A program made the position numbers and the translations under genes. A stretch of DNA of 64,000 nt from Candidatus Marinacidobacterium sp. (GTDB lineage: Bacteria; Acidobacteriota; Vicinamibacteria; Marinacidobacterales; Marinacidobacteraceae), in NCBI GenBank assembly GCA_965262645.1, contig CBDHFO010000017.1:1252134-1316133 (forward strand). Direction: 5' to 3'. Below are positions 47,025-55,484 of the stretch, in pieces (the stretch's first letter is position 1; each line of letters starts with the position of its first letter). The notes below the pieces were generated by a model. It did not search any database, had not been told where the DNA came from, and saw nothing but the letters and a program-made list of their open reading frames with translations.

Positions 47025-47207
47025 CAGCCTATGGAAAAAGTCACGCGGCATTCGAACGGCGATGCATCCCGGCTGAACCGGGCCGCTTCGCGACCCTCAT
47101 CGTTGCGTTTCGGTCGGAATACACTCGGTATTCCTCCCTCACGCGCCTTGTCAGCCGGGCGCCTCGCCGTTCTCGGTGCTCACGTCACTTTCTCCACAGG
47201 CTGCTAG
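47021..47207 (-). repeat. F1 hairpin repeat, copy 10, reverse orientation, arm-variant subfamily without core boxes
   Basis: TTAGCAGCCTATGGAAAAAGTCACGCGG...GCGTTTCGGTCGGAATACACTCGGTATTCCTCCCTCACGCGCCTTGTCAGCCGGG...CACGTCACTTTCTCCACAGGCTGCTAG. A solo terminus-like fragment follows (CAGCCTGCGGACAA, 47208..47221). Confidence 0.9.
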
Positions 47208-47226
47208 CAGCCTGCGGACAACTGAC

Positions 47227-47829
47227 TTGGCCGAAACCACGATTTCCCAAGCTGCCCGGGCGTTCCTGGAGGGTTTCGCCTGGGACGGCTGGATTCCCGA
47301 CGAAAGAGCCACGCTTCTCTTCGTGGTGCGAAACGGCAAGATCCTGCTCATCGAGAAACATCGGGGACTCGGCCGGGGAAAGATCAATGGACCCGGGGGA
47401 CGGTTGGAGCCGGGGGAGACCCCGAGGGCCGCAGCCATCCGCGAAGTCGAGGAAGAGATTCGGGTCCGGCCCACCGGGATCCATCCTGCGGGTGAACTTC
47501 GATTCCAGTTCGTGAACGGGTATGCGATCCACGTCTATGTCTTTCGCGCCGACGGATTCGTCGGGAGCCCGGCGCCGACCGAGGAAGCCACCCCGGTCTG
47601 GGCGGATGTCGAGTCCATTCCCTACGAACGCATGTGGCAGGACGACGTCATCTGGCTTCCGCTACTCCTCAAGAACCAGCCTTTTGCCGGCCGCTTCGTG
47701 TTCGATGGCGACCTCATGCTGACAAACGAGATCGAACTTCACAGTGGCTCAGCACTCGGTTCGTGGGACGCCGCACCCGCGGCGCCAAACCAGCCACCAA
47801 TCCCCCGTGAGGCGGCCGGCGCGGACTGA
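47227..47829 (+). CDS. NUDIX hydrolase (MutT-like)
   Basis: GKINGPGGRLEPGETPRAAAIREVEEEIRV is the Nudix box GX5EX7REUXEEXGU. The ORF top at 47176 lies inside the F1 repeat, so I start at the in-frame TTG at 47227. Very uncertain. Confidence 0.65.
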   Translation: MAETTISQAARAFLEGFAWDGWIPDERATLLFVVRNGKILLIEKHRGLGRGKINGPGGRLEPGETPRAAAIREVEEEIRVRPTGIHPAGELRFQFVNGYAIHVYVFRADGFVGSPAPTEEATPVWADVESIPYERMWQDDVIWLPLLLKNQPFAGRFVFDGDLMLTNEIELHSGSALGSWDAAPAAPNQPPIPREAAGAD

Positions 47830-47858
47830 GCCACGCCGGCCACCGCATCGAGGCGCGG

Positions 47859-50800
47859 CTACTCCGGCGTTTTCGAGCGGCCAGCGTCCACCGGGTCTCC
47901 GCCGGAAGCGGTGATCTTGCCGTTCAGGTCGTCGAGTCGCTCGCCGAGCAATCCGCCGAGTCGTCCGAGGTGCTGATTCAGCTCCCCTGACAGCTCCTCG
48001 AACACGGCGTAGGCGCCGTCGGTGGGTTTCGCGTCGCCGTTCTCCACGCTGCGGCGGAGCGAGGCCAGGCGGTTGTTCAGCCGAATCGGGAAGTTCAGGG
48101 GGTCCTGGTTGCTTCGGTTCTTCGTCTGGTAGAGGGCCTCCTCGACCTCGGTCATCTCCTCGATCAGGCGGCCGCCGTCGGCTATCACCCCCTGGTCGCT
48201 GCTTCCCTCGAGTCGGTCCTCAAGCTGAAGCCGAACGTCCCGGATCTGGATGACTGCCTCGTTCGCCTCGGAAGTCCGGTCCCGGATCCTGCTGGCAAAT
48301 TCGAACTGCTCCACCAGGTCGGCGGTGGTCACGCCCTTGAGCCTCGGATTGGCGATCAGGGTCAGGTTCGTGGTTTCGGTCATCCCGGCGGCGCTGACGC
48401 TCACCCGGTATTCGCCCGGGGGCGCCTTCGGACCACTGGTAGCCCGCGCGCTCCAAAGGATCATTCCGTCGAACTCGACAGCACCGGAGTAGCGGCCGTT
48501 CCAACTGAAACGGTTGAGCCCGTTTCCGGTGGTCGGCAGTGACGAACGACGGGAGCGGAAGAAGGAAAAGTCGGCTTCGGCCTCAAAATCCGGCTCGGTT
48601 CCCTCGAAGCGGTCCACCAGCGTCCCGCTGCTGTCATGGATTTCGACGACCACGGAATCCGTTTCTTCCGCCAGGTGATACTGAATCACCGCGTTCTGGA
48701 CCCCGCGCACGGCCGGGTCCGGATCGAAAACGGTCAGCGTGGCGTTGAGGGACTCGGCCGTGAACTGCCGTAGGGGCTGGATGTCATCGAGGATCCAGAA
48801 ACCGCGTCCGTGGGTACCGAGCACCACGTCCCCTTCCTTGACGGCGAGATCGCGGATGGGGGTATCAGGAAGGTTCTGCTGCAGGGACATCCAGTGGTCT
48901 CCGTCGTCCCAGGAGGCGTAGGCCCCGTGTTCGGTCCCCAGGAAGAGCAGTCCCTGCCGCACCGGATCCTCGCGCACGGCGCGCGCGAAGTGTCCCGGGG
49001 CGATCCCATCCACGATCTTGGTCCACGTCGCGCCGTAGTCGGTGGTGCGGAAGACGTAGGGCTCGCGGTCGTCCACCTGGTAGCGGTTGGCCGCGACGAA
49101 GATCGTTCCCGACCGGTGGGCCGACTCTTCGATGATGCTCACCCGGCTGAACTTCGGAAGCTCCGCCGGAGTGATGTCGGTCCAATTGGCTCCGTGATCG
49201 CGAGTGACGTGGATGCGTCCGTCGTCGGAACCCACCCAGATCGTGTCGATATCGTGCTGTGAAGGAGCCACCGCAAAGATCGTCGCGTAGATCTCCGGAC
49301 CGTTCATGTCCATCGTGATCACCCCGCCGGTCTCGCCGAGGGTTTCCGGATCGGCATAGGTCAGGTCCGGGCTGATCTTTTCCCATGACTGGCCGTCATC
49401 GGTGGTCAGGTAGAGGAATTGCGAACTCGTGTAGAGGCGGTTCTCGTCGAGCGGCGAAAACACGATCGGGAACGTCCACTGCCAGCGATCGGGAAGCGCA
49501 CTCGCCGGTTCCCCCGAAAAGAACCGCGGGTAGACCTGAATGTCACGAATCTGGCCGTTGGCCCGGTTGTAGCGGGTCAGCAGCGCACCCTGGCTGCCGG
49601 CGTAAAAGACATCCAGATCGGAAGGGTGCTGGGTGATGTATCCGCTTTCGCCGCCGCCCGCATCGTAGTACCAGCGGCTTCCCGGCCCCCTCGCCTGCAT
49701 GTGGTCCCAACCCTCGCTGGGCATGCAGAGCGTGGAGTTGTCCTGTTGCGCGCCGCAGACGTGGTAGGGGAAGTCGTTCGTCACGTTCACGTGGTAGAGC
49801 TGGGTGGTCACGTAGGCCTGACCCGTCCACGTCTCGCCCCCGTTGACGCTGACGTTGCCCCCGCCGTCGTTCGAGTTGCACATGCGGAGAGGGTTGTTCG
49901 GGTCGATCCACAGATCGTGCTGGTCGCCGTGGGGGGGACGGATCACGATGTCGAAGGTCTCCCCGCCGTCCGTTGACTTGTAGAACCCGGTGTTGAGCGC
50001 GTACACCGTGTCGGCATCCACCGGATCCGCGTATACCCGCGAGTAGTAGAAGGCCCGCTGGCGCAGCTTCCGCTCGTTGTTCGTGAGTCGCCAGGTGGCG
50101 CCGCGGTCGTCGGACCGGAACACCCCGCCCTCGGGGGCCTCGACGATCGCCCAGACCCGGTCCGGATTCGTTGGAGAAACCGTGACTCCGATCTTGCCGA
50201 TGGGACCCTCCGGCATTCCGGGGTTTTCGGTGAGTTCGGTCCAGGTATCGCCGCCATCATCCGAGCGGTAAAACCCGGAATCGGGGCCGCCACCCCACAT
50301 CTGCCACGCCTTGCGGTAGACCTGCCAGATGCTCGCGTAGATCACGTCGGGGTTCGTCCGATCGATGATGAGGTCGGCCGCACCGGCTCGCGGGCTCACA
50401 AAGAGCACCCGCTCCCACGTCGCCCCGCCATCGCGTGAACGAAAAATCCCGCGCTCTTCGTTGTCCCCATAGGGGTGACCAAGGGCGGCAACGTAAACGA
50501 TGTCGGGATTCACCGGATGGATCCGGATCCGGGCGATCGCCTGGGTGTCGCGCAAGCCGACGTGGCGCCAGGTCTCACCCCCGTCCGAGCTCTTGTACAC
50601 CCCATCGCCCTGGGTGATGCTCCCCCGGAGCTGTGTTTCTCCCCCGCCAATGAAGATGATGTCGGGATTGGTCTCCGCCACCGCGACCGCCCCGATCGAG
50701 GAACTCGAGATCTGGCCGTCGGTCACCGGAAACCAGGTCGTCCCGGAGTCAACGGTCTTCCAGAGCCCACCGCCGGTGGCCCCGAAGTAGTACTCGTGGC

Positions 50801-50987
50801 GTCGGCCCGGACTGCCGGTACAGGAGAGGGAGCGCCCACCGCGGGCCGGGCCGATGTTCCGCCATTCCATCGTCCGGAGGTGGGAGGCCTCGAGCCGTAG
50901 ATCCTGAGCGAGGCCGGTCGCGGGGAGAGCTGAAATCGCCAGACCGGCGAGTGCGATACGTGCGAATACCAGTTGTCGAAGCAACAT
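47859..50987 (-). CDS. secreted BNR/Asp-box repeat, sortilin/VPS10-like beta-propeller protein
   Basis: Signal peptide MLLRQLVFARIALAGLAISALPATGLAQ. Many S.DGG.TW Asp-box units (SDGGETW, SRDGGATW, SDDGGDTW, STDGGETF, DDGQSW, DHGANW, TDYGATW). About 1040 aa. Confidence 0.65.
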   Translation of the reverse strand: MLLRQLVFARIALAGLAISALPATGLAQDLRLEASHLRTMEWRNIGPARGGRSLSCTGSPGRRHEYYFGATGGGLWKTVDSGTTWFPVTDGQISSSSIGAVAVAETNPDIIFIGGGETQLRGSITQGDGVYKSSDGGETWRHVGLRDTQAIARIRIHPVNPDIVYVAALGHPYGDNEERGIFRSRDGGATWERVLFVSPRAGAADLIIDRTNPDVIYASIWQVYRKAWQMWGGGPDSGFYRSDDGGDTWTELTENPGMPEGPIGKIGVTVSPTNPDRVWAIVEAPEGGVFRSDDRGATWRLTNNERKLRQRAFYYSRVYADPVDADTVYALNTGFYKSTDGGETFDIVIRPPHGDQHDLWIDPNNPLRMCNSNDGGGNVSVNGGETWTGQAYVTTQLYHVNVTNDFPYHVCGAQQDNSTLCMPSEGWDHMQARGPGSRWYYDAGGGESGYITQHPSDLDVFYAGSQGALLTRYNRANGQIRDIQVYPRFFSGEPASALPDRWQWTFPIVFSPLDENRLYTSSQFLYLTTDDGQSWEKISPDLTYADPETLGETGGVITMDMNGPEIYATIFAVAPSQHDIDTIWVGSDDGRIHVTRDHGANWTDITPAELPKFSRVSIIEESAHRSGTIFVAANRYQVDDREPYVFRTTDYGATWTKIVDGIAPGHFARAVREDPVRQGLLFLGTEHGAYASWDDGDHWMSLQQNLPDTPIRDLAVKEGDVVLGTHGRGFWILDDIQPLRQFTAESLNATLTVFDPDPAVRGVQNAVIQYHLAEETDSVVVEIHDSSGTLVDRFEGTEPDFEAEADFSFFRSRRSSLPTTGNGLNRFSWNGRYSGAVEFDGMILWSARATSGPKAPPGEYRVSVSAAGMTETTNLTLIANPRLKGVTTADLVEQFEFASRIRDRTSEANEAVIQIRDVRLQLEDRLEGSSDQGVIADGGRLIEEMTEVEEALYQTKNRSNQDPLNFPIRLNNRLASLRRSVENGDAKPTDGAYAVFEELSGELNQHLGRLGGLLGERLDDLNGKITASGGDPVDAGRSKTPE

Positions 50988-51152
50988 CAGACGATCTCCT
51001 CGGAGAGACAAATCGGAAAACCCAAGAGCATACGGCCTCCGGCGGGGAGTTGCCCCGTACCGGGAGTCCGTCGCGAACGGCGGCCGAGGCCGGCCATCCT
51101 CACCCGACGGTCAGCGCCTGACGCGGCCGGGCTGGCGGCGCTCCACACGCTG

Positions 51153-51276
51153 CCAGCAGCCTGTGGACACAGTCGCGCGGCCCGGTTCTCCCGGTGGGGG
51201 CTCCTCCCTCGCGCGCCTTGTCGGCCGGGCGACTCGCCGGGCTCGGCGCTCACCCGGGTCCACCACCGGCTGCTAG
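51153..51276 (-). repeat. F1 repeat, copy 11, reverse orientation, internally deleted
   Basis: CCAGCAGCCTGTGGACACAGTCGCGCGG|CCCGGTTCTCCCGGTGGGGGCTCCTCCCTCGCGCGCCTTGTCGGCCGGG...CACCCGGGTCCACCACCGGCTGCTAG. Confidence 0.8.
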
Positions 51277-51289
51277 CATTCCTGACCCC

Positions 51290-51559
51290 ATGGCCAACCG
51301 CTCCCGACAGACCTTCCTCAAGCGCCGGAAGGAAAAGGAGCGCGTAGCGCGTCAGCGGGCCAAGGCTGTGCAGCGCCGGGAGCGGTCCATCGAGAAAGAG
51401 CGCGAAATTCCGGTGCGCACGGATGGAGATCCGGATATTCAGGGTTTGGTTGCGGGTCCGCAGGAACCCGTCTGGAAGATGGCCGACGTCCTGACGGACG
51501 ATGAACGGGTCGCGCTCGAAGAAGAAGAAGAAGAAGAAGAGGAACAGGCCGCATCCTGA
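51290..51559 (+). CDS. small highly charged protein (89 aa; basic N-half, poly-Glu C-terminus)
   Basis: MANRSRQTFLKRRKEKERVARQRAKAVQRRERSIEKERE...LEEEEEEEEEQAAS. The poly-E is encoded by (GAA)7-GAG-GAA at 51518..51544. No recognised family. Flanked by F1 copies 11 and 12. Confidence 0.45.
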   Translation: MANRSRQTFLKRRKEKERVARQRAKAVQRRERSIEKEREIPVRTDGDPDIQGLVAGPQEPVWKMADVLTDDERVALEEEEEEEEEQAAS

Positions 51560-51576
51560 GCGATTGGGCGCAGCTC

Positions 51577-51612
51577 CCAATCAGCTGGCCAATCAGCTGG
51601 CCAATCAGCCGG
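51577..51612. repeat. 12-nt tandem repeat x3 (CCAATCAGCTGG)
   Basis: CCAATCAGCTGG CCAATCAGCTGG CCAATCAGCCGG lies 18 nt after the stop of the small charged ORF. Each unit holds a CAGCTG palindrome. Confidence 0.8.
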
Positions 51613-51654
51613 TCTCCCGGAGAACACCCCGGGGGACAAGAAAGCGCTTCGGTG

Positions 51655-51832
51655 AACAGCCGGTGGTGGAACCCGGGTGAGCGCCGAGGCCGGCCAGTTC
51701 TCCCGGTGGGGGCAAGGCCCAGTTCTCCCGGTGGGGCCAGTTCTCCCGGTGGGGGCCCGGCTGACAAGGCGCGTGAGGGAGGAGCCCCCACCGGGAGAAC
51801 TGGGCCGCGTGGGTTTCACCACCGGCTGTTAA
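51655..51832 (+). repeat. F1 repeat, copy 12, forward orientation, apical domain deleted, three tandem core boxes at 51694..51755
   Basis: AACAGCCGGTGGTGGAACCCGGGTGAGCGCCGAGG, then the box three times, then GGCTGACAAGGCGCGTGAGGGAGGAGCCCCCACCGGGAGAACTGGGCCGCGTGGGTTTCACCACCGGCTGTTAA. Confidence 0.85.
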
Positions 51833-51851
51833 AGCCGGTAGCGGGCTACCG

Positions 51852-52553
51852 TCAGGTGCCGCGCGCGCCTCGCCGGCTCCGCGCTTCCGGCTGGTTCCGC
51901 CGTTCGGGGCGGCCGCGCTCGCCGCGGTTCCGGCGCATCTGCGCGAGCCGCTCACGCTGCTCTTCGGTCAGGATGCCGGCCAGCCGGTCCCGATCGGCGC
52001 GTCCCCGGACGACTGCATCGGCCTGGGCCTTCCCGAGAGCCTCTCCGAGCGCCTGAATCTCTTCTGCGGTCCTCTCTGAGTCTCGCGCCGCTTGACGGAA
52101 AGAGCGCCGCGCGTCGGCAATCTCGCGCCGGCTGTCCCGGCGGTTGTCGCCGTTTTCGCGCATCGCCTGTCGCATCTGATCGCGCTGCTCGTCAGTGAGG
52201 TCCAGCGCCGCGGCCGCCCGGCGTCCGAACCAGCGTCCGGCCTGATCCATGCGGGAGTCACGGCCGGAGTCACGGCGGGCGTCACGGCGCCCCTCGCGGC
52301 GCCCGCTGCGGCGGATGCGACGTTCCTGAATCACCGTCCGGCGCTCGAACCGGCGCGCCATCCGCTCGCGGTCCGGCTGAACCGCCGACTCAATTCCGGC
52401 CTCCGCGGACGAAACGGCGGCGACGCGGGCATCCGGCTCCGGGCGGGGTTCCGCCGCTGCCTGTCCGACGGAGGCGAGGCCAAACGGCACGGCCACCAGG
52501 AGAGTCCGGAACGGGCCGAGCCGAACCGGCGTGGGGCGCTCGATCTTCTTCAT
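51852..52553 (-). CDS. Spy/CpxP-family (LTxxQ motif) periplasmic protein
   Basis: Signal-like MKKIERPTPVRLGPFRTLLVAVPFGLASVGQAAA. Two LTxxQ motifs (LDLTDEQRDQM, ILTEEQRERL). Arg/Asp/Glu-rich helical body. Confidence 0.55.
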   Translation of the reverse strand: MKKIERPTPVRLGPFRTLLVAVPFGLASVGQAAAEPRPEPDARVAAVSSAEAGIESAVQPDRERMARRFERRTVIQERRIRRSGRREGRRDARRDSGRDSRMDQAGRWFGRRAAAALDLTDEQRDQMRQAMRENGDNRRDSRREIADARRSFRQAARDSERTAEEIQALGEALGKAQADAVVRGRADRDRLAGILTEEQRERLAQMRRNRGERGRPERRNQPEARSRRGARGT

Positions 52554-52663
52554 GAGAATGGCTCCTTTCCGCGCCTTGGGGCGCGAGACAACGCACTAAA
52601 ACGCAACCGGCGTGCCAAGCTGGCGCGGTGATAAAGTTGGCCGGTTCCGACGAAATATCGGTT

Positions 52664-52737
52664 GGCGGGGTAGCTCAGCCGGTCAGAGCGAAGGACTCAT
52701 AACCCTTAGGTCGGCGGTTCAAGTCCGCCCCCCGCTA
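52664..52737 (+). tRNA. tRNA with CAT anticodon (Met; could be the lysidine-modified Ile2 type)
   Basis: GGCGGGG-TA-GCTC-AGCCGGTC-AGAGC-G-AAGGA-CTCATAA-CCCTT-AGGTC-GGCGG-TTCAAGT-CCGCC-CCCCGCT-A. Cloverleaf with anticodon loop CTCATAA. There is a G1-T72 wobble and one A-C at the loop end of the anticodon stem. No encoded CCA. Confidence 0.8.
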
Positions 52738-52776
52738 CCGACGGTAACCTCCGAGTTGGAGATCCCATTGCTGGAG

Positions 52777-53112
52777 ATGTTTATGGACATGAAGAAAACG
52801 TTCAAGATCAAGGCTCGGCGCGATGTCCAGTGTCCGGAGGTGTATGCGAACTTCTGCGAAGCAACGCATTCGCCGTTCGACCTGACGCTCACTTTCTGTA
52901 GTCTCACGGGCATTCAGCCGGAGGATCTTTCCCATACCGATGCGACCGGGGAGCCTGTCGTGCTCGCGGATCCCAAGACGCGGATCACGCTTCCCTTCCG
53001 GATTGTCCCTGCCCTCATCAAGATGCTCGAAACCCAGTTGCACGCCGTAGAGCAGGCCGAAAACGAGAATGTCCCCCGACCCCAGGGGACCGATTCCTCG
53101 ACGGTTCACTAG
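52777..53112 (+). CDS. DUF3467-like small protein
   Basis: ...VYANFCEATHSPFDLTLTFCSL... resembles the DUF3467 core (from memory). The ORF-track start at 52612 overlaps the tRNA, so it is trimmed to the ATG at 52777 (ATGs at 52783 and 52789 are alternatives). The TAG stop is the terminus of an F2 fragment. Confidence 0.55.
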   Translation: MFMDMKKTFKIKARRDVQCPEVYANFCEATHSPFDLTLTFCSLTGIQPEDLSHTDATGEPVVLADPKTRITLPFRIVPALIKMLETQLHAVEQAENENVPRPQGTDSSTVH

Positions 53113-53200
53113 CAGCCCGTGGCAAAGCACCCCTTCGCACGCCCCACTCCGGCGGCGCTCCGCGCCGCCGGCGGACACGGGCCGACTTTCGCCCCCCGCT
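53110..53200 (-). repeat. F2-like terminal fragment
   Basis: TAGCAGCCCGTGGCAAAGCACCCCTTCGCACGCC matches the CCCGTGGGGAAAGCACCCCG end of F2 copies at 54121 and 55207. The inner boundary is unclear. Confidence 0.45.
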
Positions 53201-53229
53201 GCCAAGGCCGTCGCTGACTCGTTGCTGAG

Positions 53230-53685
53230 ATGCCGGTAACTGGCCGTCCCCGCTTGCGCGCCGAACCGCCGAAGCCCCGGCGCACGGAACGGGACGGGGC
53301 TTTGGACCGGATTCAGACCGCGCGAGCCTCGGTGGCCAGCAGGTCGCTCTGGTTGAAGCGCGGGAGCGTCGCCGTGGTGGCGGGCGCCATGGGCGTCGGC
53401 GCTCTGCAGGGATGGCTGTTGCTGCGCCTGGCAGCTCTGCCGATCGCGCTGTGGTTTTGGTGGCTCGACGCCTCGCTCACCCGCACCGACGAGCGACTGG
53501 AACGCCTCTACGACGACGTGTTCCAGCGGACCGCGGAACCGCCCCTGATGGGAGACGAGACGGGGGCAGCCGCCCGGATGACGGAGCCGCCCGGTTCGCT
53601 CCGGCAGGCCCTGCTCTCAGGACCCGGAACCAGTCTCCACTGGATGATGACCGGAGTCGCCGCCCTCTTCAACATCCTGGTCTGA
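53230..53685 (+). CDS. hypothetical membrane protein
   Basis: Hydrophobic stretches SVAVVAGAMGVGALQGWLLLRLAALPIALWFWWL and HWMMTGVAALFNILV. No known motif. The 3' end overlaps the convergent Trm112-like ORF by 69 nt. Confidence 0.4.
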   Translation: MPVTGRPRLRAEPPKPRRTERDGALDRIQTARASVASRSLWLKRGSVAVVAGAMGVGALQGWLLLRLAALPIALWFWWLDASLTRTDERLERLYDDVFQRTAEPPLMGDETGAAARMTEPPGSLRQALLSGPGTSLHWMMTGVAALFNILV

Positions 53686-53955
53686 CTCTGCGGGGACGTC
53701 CCCGAGCGCGGAAATCGGGATCCGGTCCTCGATCAGCATGATCGGAATCCCGTTCCGGACGGGGTAGAGAAACTTCCCGTCCTCCCGAACCAAGCCGCCG
53801 TCCACGGCCTCGGGCTTCGCAGTGCCGGCCGGCACCTCAAGACTTCCGTCGCGGATGGCGCGGTTCACGGATTCCACCAGCGCCGCAGGCGCCACCCTTA
53901 CCGGTTGGCGCGTCTCCGGGCAGCAGAGGATTTCCAGGAGTTCGGGATGGATCAT
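53617..53955 (-). CDS. Trm112/YcaR (UPF0434)-like protein with long C-terminal tail
   Basis: MIHPELLEILCCPETRQPV...LVREDGKFLYPVRNGIPIMLIEDRIPI is typical of the Trm112p-like family. An acidic tail follows. Confidence 0.6.
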   Translation of the reverse strand: MIHPELLEILCCPETRQPVRVAPAALVESVNRAIRDGSLEVPAGTAKPEAVDGGLVREDGKFLYPVRNGIPIMLIEDRIPISALGDVPAESDQDVEEGGDSGHHPVETGSGS

Positions 53956-53989
53956 CGGGTCACGGAGCCCAGCGCGGCGAGCAGGGGGC

Positions 53990-54077
53990 TGGTGCCGGAG
54001 GAGGGACTCGAACCCTCATGGCCCCAGGGACCGCGGGATTTTGAGTCCCGTGCGTCTACCAATTCCGCCACTCCGGC
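53990..54077 (-). tRNA. tRNA-Leu (anticodon CAA), CCA encoded
   Basis: Reverse complement reads GCCGGAG-TG-GCGG-AATTGGTAG-ACGC-A-CGGGA-CTCAAAA-TCCCG-(long variable arm CGGTCCCTGGGGCCATG)-AGGGT... TTCGAGT ...CTCCGGC-A-CCA. Class II tRNA cloverleaf. Confidence 0.92.
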
Positions 54078-54120
54078 TATCCCCCGAAGTCACCGCCGGA
54101 CCGGCGCTCGGAAGGACAGT

Positions 54121-54338
54121 CTACCCACGGCCCGTGGGGAAAGCACCCCGGATCGCGTCCATGACCGGAAACGCGCCAAGTCTCAGATCTTTGGTTGCGG
54201 GTGCTTTCCCCCACACAATGGCGGCGCAAATCGTTCCGCGATGCACCCCACCGTCTTGGGGAAATCCCTCCCCACACGTCGCCTGCGGCGCTGCACGCCG
54301 CAATTTGACGCTGCGCGACTTGCGCCACCGGCTGTTGA
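54121..54338 (-). repeat. F2 repeat, copy 2, reverse orientation
   Basis: CTACCCACGGCCCGTGGGGAAAGCACCCCGGATCGCG...GCGGGTGCTTTCCCCCACA...GGGGAAATCCCTCCCCACAC...TTGCGCCACCGGCTGTTGA. Collinear with the reverse complement of 8345..8594. Confidence 0.75.
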
Positions 54339-54484
54339 CGATCCCTCCTCCCAAGCGTCCTCGACCCTGAAGGAGACGTCACGAGGGCCGTCATTCGTAC
54401 CTCTCACCCGGCGGCGGGCAACGGCGAGGTTCCGAAAGCCAACCCCGGCAAGTGGACAAAGTCACCAAATCCCAAGAGTGCCAG

Positions 54485-54514
54485 TAGTCAGGGTCTTTCC
54501 GAGTGTGGTATCAT
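54485..54514 (+). promoter_or_regulatory. candidate extended -10 sigma-70 promoter for carD
   Basis: TAGTCA, an 18-nt spacer, then TGGTATCAT (TGn plus TATCAT), about 48 nt upstream of the carD start in an unusually AT-rich patch. Sequence match only. Confidence 0.35.
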
Positions 54515-54561
54515 CACTGGTTCGCGTACTAAAAATGCTATCCGGGAGGCGTCGTTGAGTA

Positions 54562-55209
54562 TTGATGCGGTTTGAAGTGGGAGACAAGGTGATCTACCCG
54601 AATCAGGGGATCAGCGTCGTCGAGAGCATTGAACTCACCAACGGGGCGGCGGGGCCGAGCTTCTATCGTCTGCGCCTGCTGGCGAAGTCCACACTGGTCA
54701 TGGTGCCGGTGGAAAAGGTTGATGAAGTCGGGCTGCGCCGGATCATGACCGAAGGTGATGTCGAGGAGGTTCTCGACGTCCTCGAAAACGGCGCGGTGGA
54801 TGAACAGGTCAACTGGAAGACCCGTTACAAGGACAACTCCGACCGCATGAAGGGCGGTTCTCCGGTGGAGGTCGCTGGCGTCCTCAAAGGTCTCTTCTAC
54901 CTGAGCGAGCGCAAGACCCTTTCCTTCCGCGAGAAGCGGATGCTCGACCGGGCGCACCAGCTCACCGTGACCGAGGTCGCCGAAGTCGCCAACGAGACCC
55001 TCGAGGCGGTGGAACGCAAGGTCGTGGAGGCGCTGCGCCGGAGCCGGAACGGAATGGTTGGCCACGAGGCCCGAGAGGGAGAGCGCGAAGGAAGCGCCGC
55101 CGGCGCCGCCACCAGCGTAGTGCCCCTGCGACCGCCCAAGCGGCGGCGGGTGGCCAAGGGCTTGGACAGCGGGCGGCGTCCCGTCTCCATCTCGATAAAC
55201 CGCTACTAG
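54562..55209 (+). CDS. carD: CarD/CdnL-family transcriptional regulator
   Basis: F.VGDKVIYPNQGISVVESIE.......FYRLRLL...T.MVPV is the CarD_TRCF RNAP-interacting domain, followed by a helical C-terminal domain. The TAG stop is the terminus of F2 copy 3. Confidence 0.8.
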   Translation: MMRFEVGDKVIYPNQGISVVESIELTNGAAGPSFYRLRLLAKSTLVMVPVEKVDEVGLRRIMTEGDVEEVLDVLENGAVDEQVNWKTRYKDNSDRMKGGSPVEVAGVLKGLFYLSERKTLSFREKRMLDRAHQLTVTEVAEVANETLEAVERKVVEALRRSRNGMVGHEAREGEREGSAAGAATSVVPLRPPKRRRVAKGLDSGRRPVSISINRY

Positions 55210-55425
55210 CGCCCGGGGGGAAGCACCCCGCTCGCGATCACGACGGGAAACACCCCACGTCTGCGGAATCGGTCGGATGCGGGGCGTTTCCCTCTCTGGA
55301 TGGCGGAGCGCATCGCTTCGCGATCCGCTCCACCGTCTTTCGTTTCGAGGGGATACCCCTCCCGAGCGGCGCTCGGCGCCGCGGGCTCGGCCTGGCGCCA
55401 GGCGACTTCCTCCGCACGCTGCTAG
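55207..55425 (-). repeat. F2 repeat, copy 3, reverse orientation
   Basis: TAGCGCCCGGGGGGAAGCACCCCGCTCGCGATC...GCGGGGCGTTTCCCTCTCTGGATGGCGGAGCGCATCGCTTCGCGATCC...GAGGGGATACCCCTCCC...CCGCACGCTGCTAG. Confidence 0.7.
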
Positions 55426-55484
55426 ACGAGCCCATCCGCGCCGGAACAGAATTCGGCGCGTGACTGCCTGAGCGGCCCATACTC

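Noticed and set aside
51694-51755. Tandem core boxes (also 40911..40948) as a possible mini-CRISPR array
   Set aside because: The units are directly abutting or separated by only a few nt, with no unique spacers of regular length. No cas genes are present. The same box is scattered singly inside other repeats.
52612-52776. N-terminal 55 codons of ORF 52612..53112
   Set aside because: They overlap the tRNA (CAT anticodon) gene on the same strand. The DUF3467-like core begins after the internal ATG cluster at 52777-52791.
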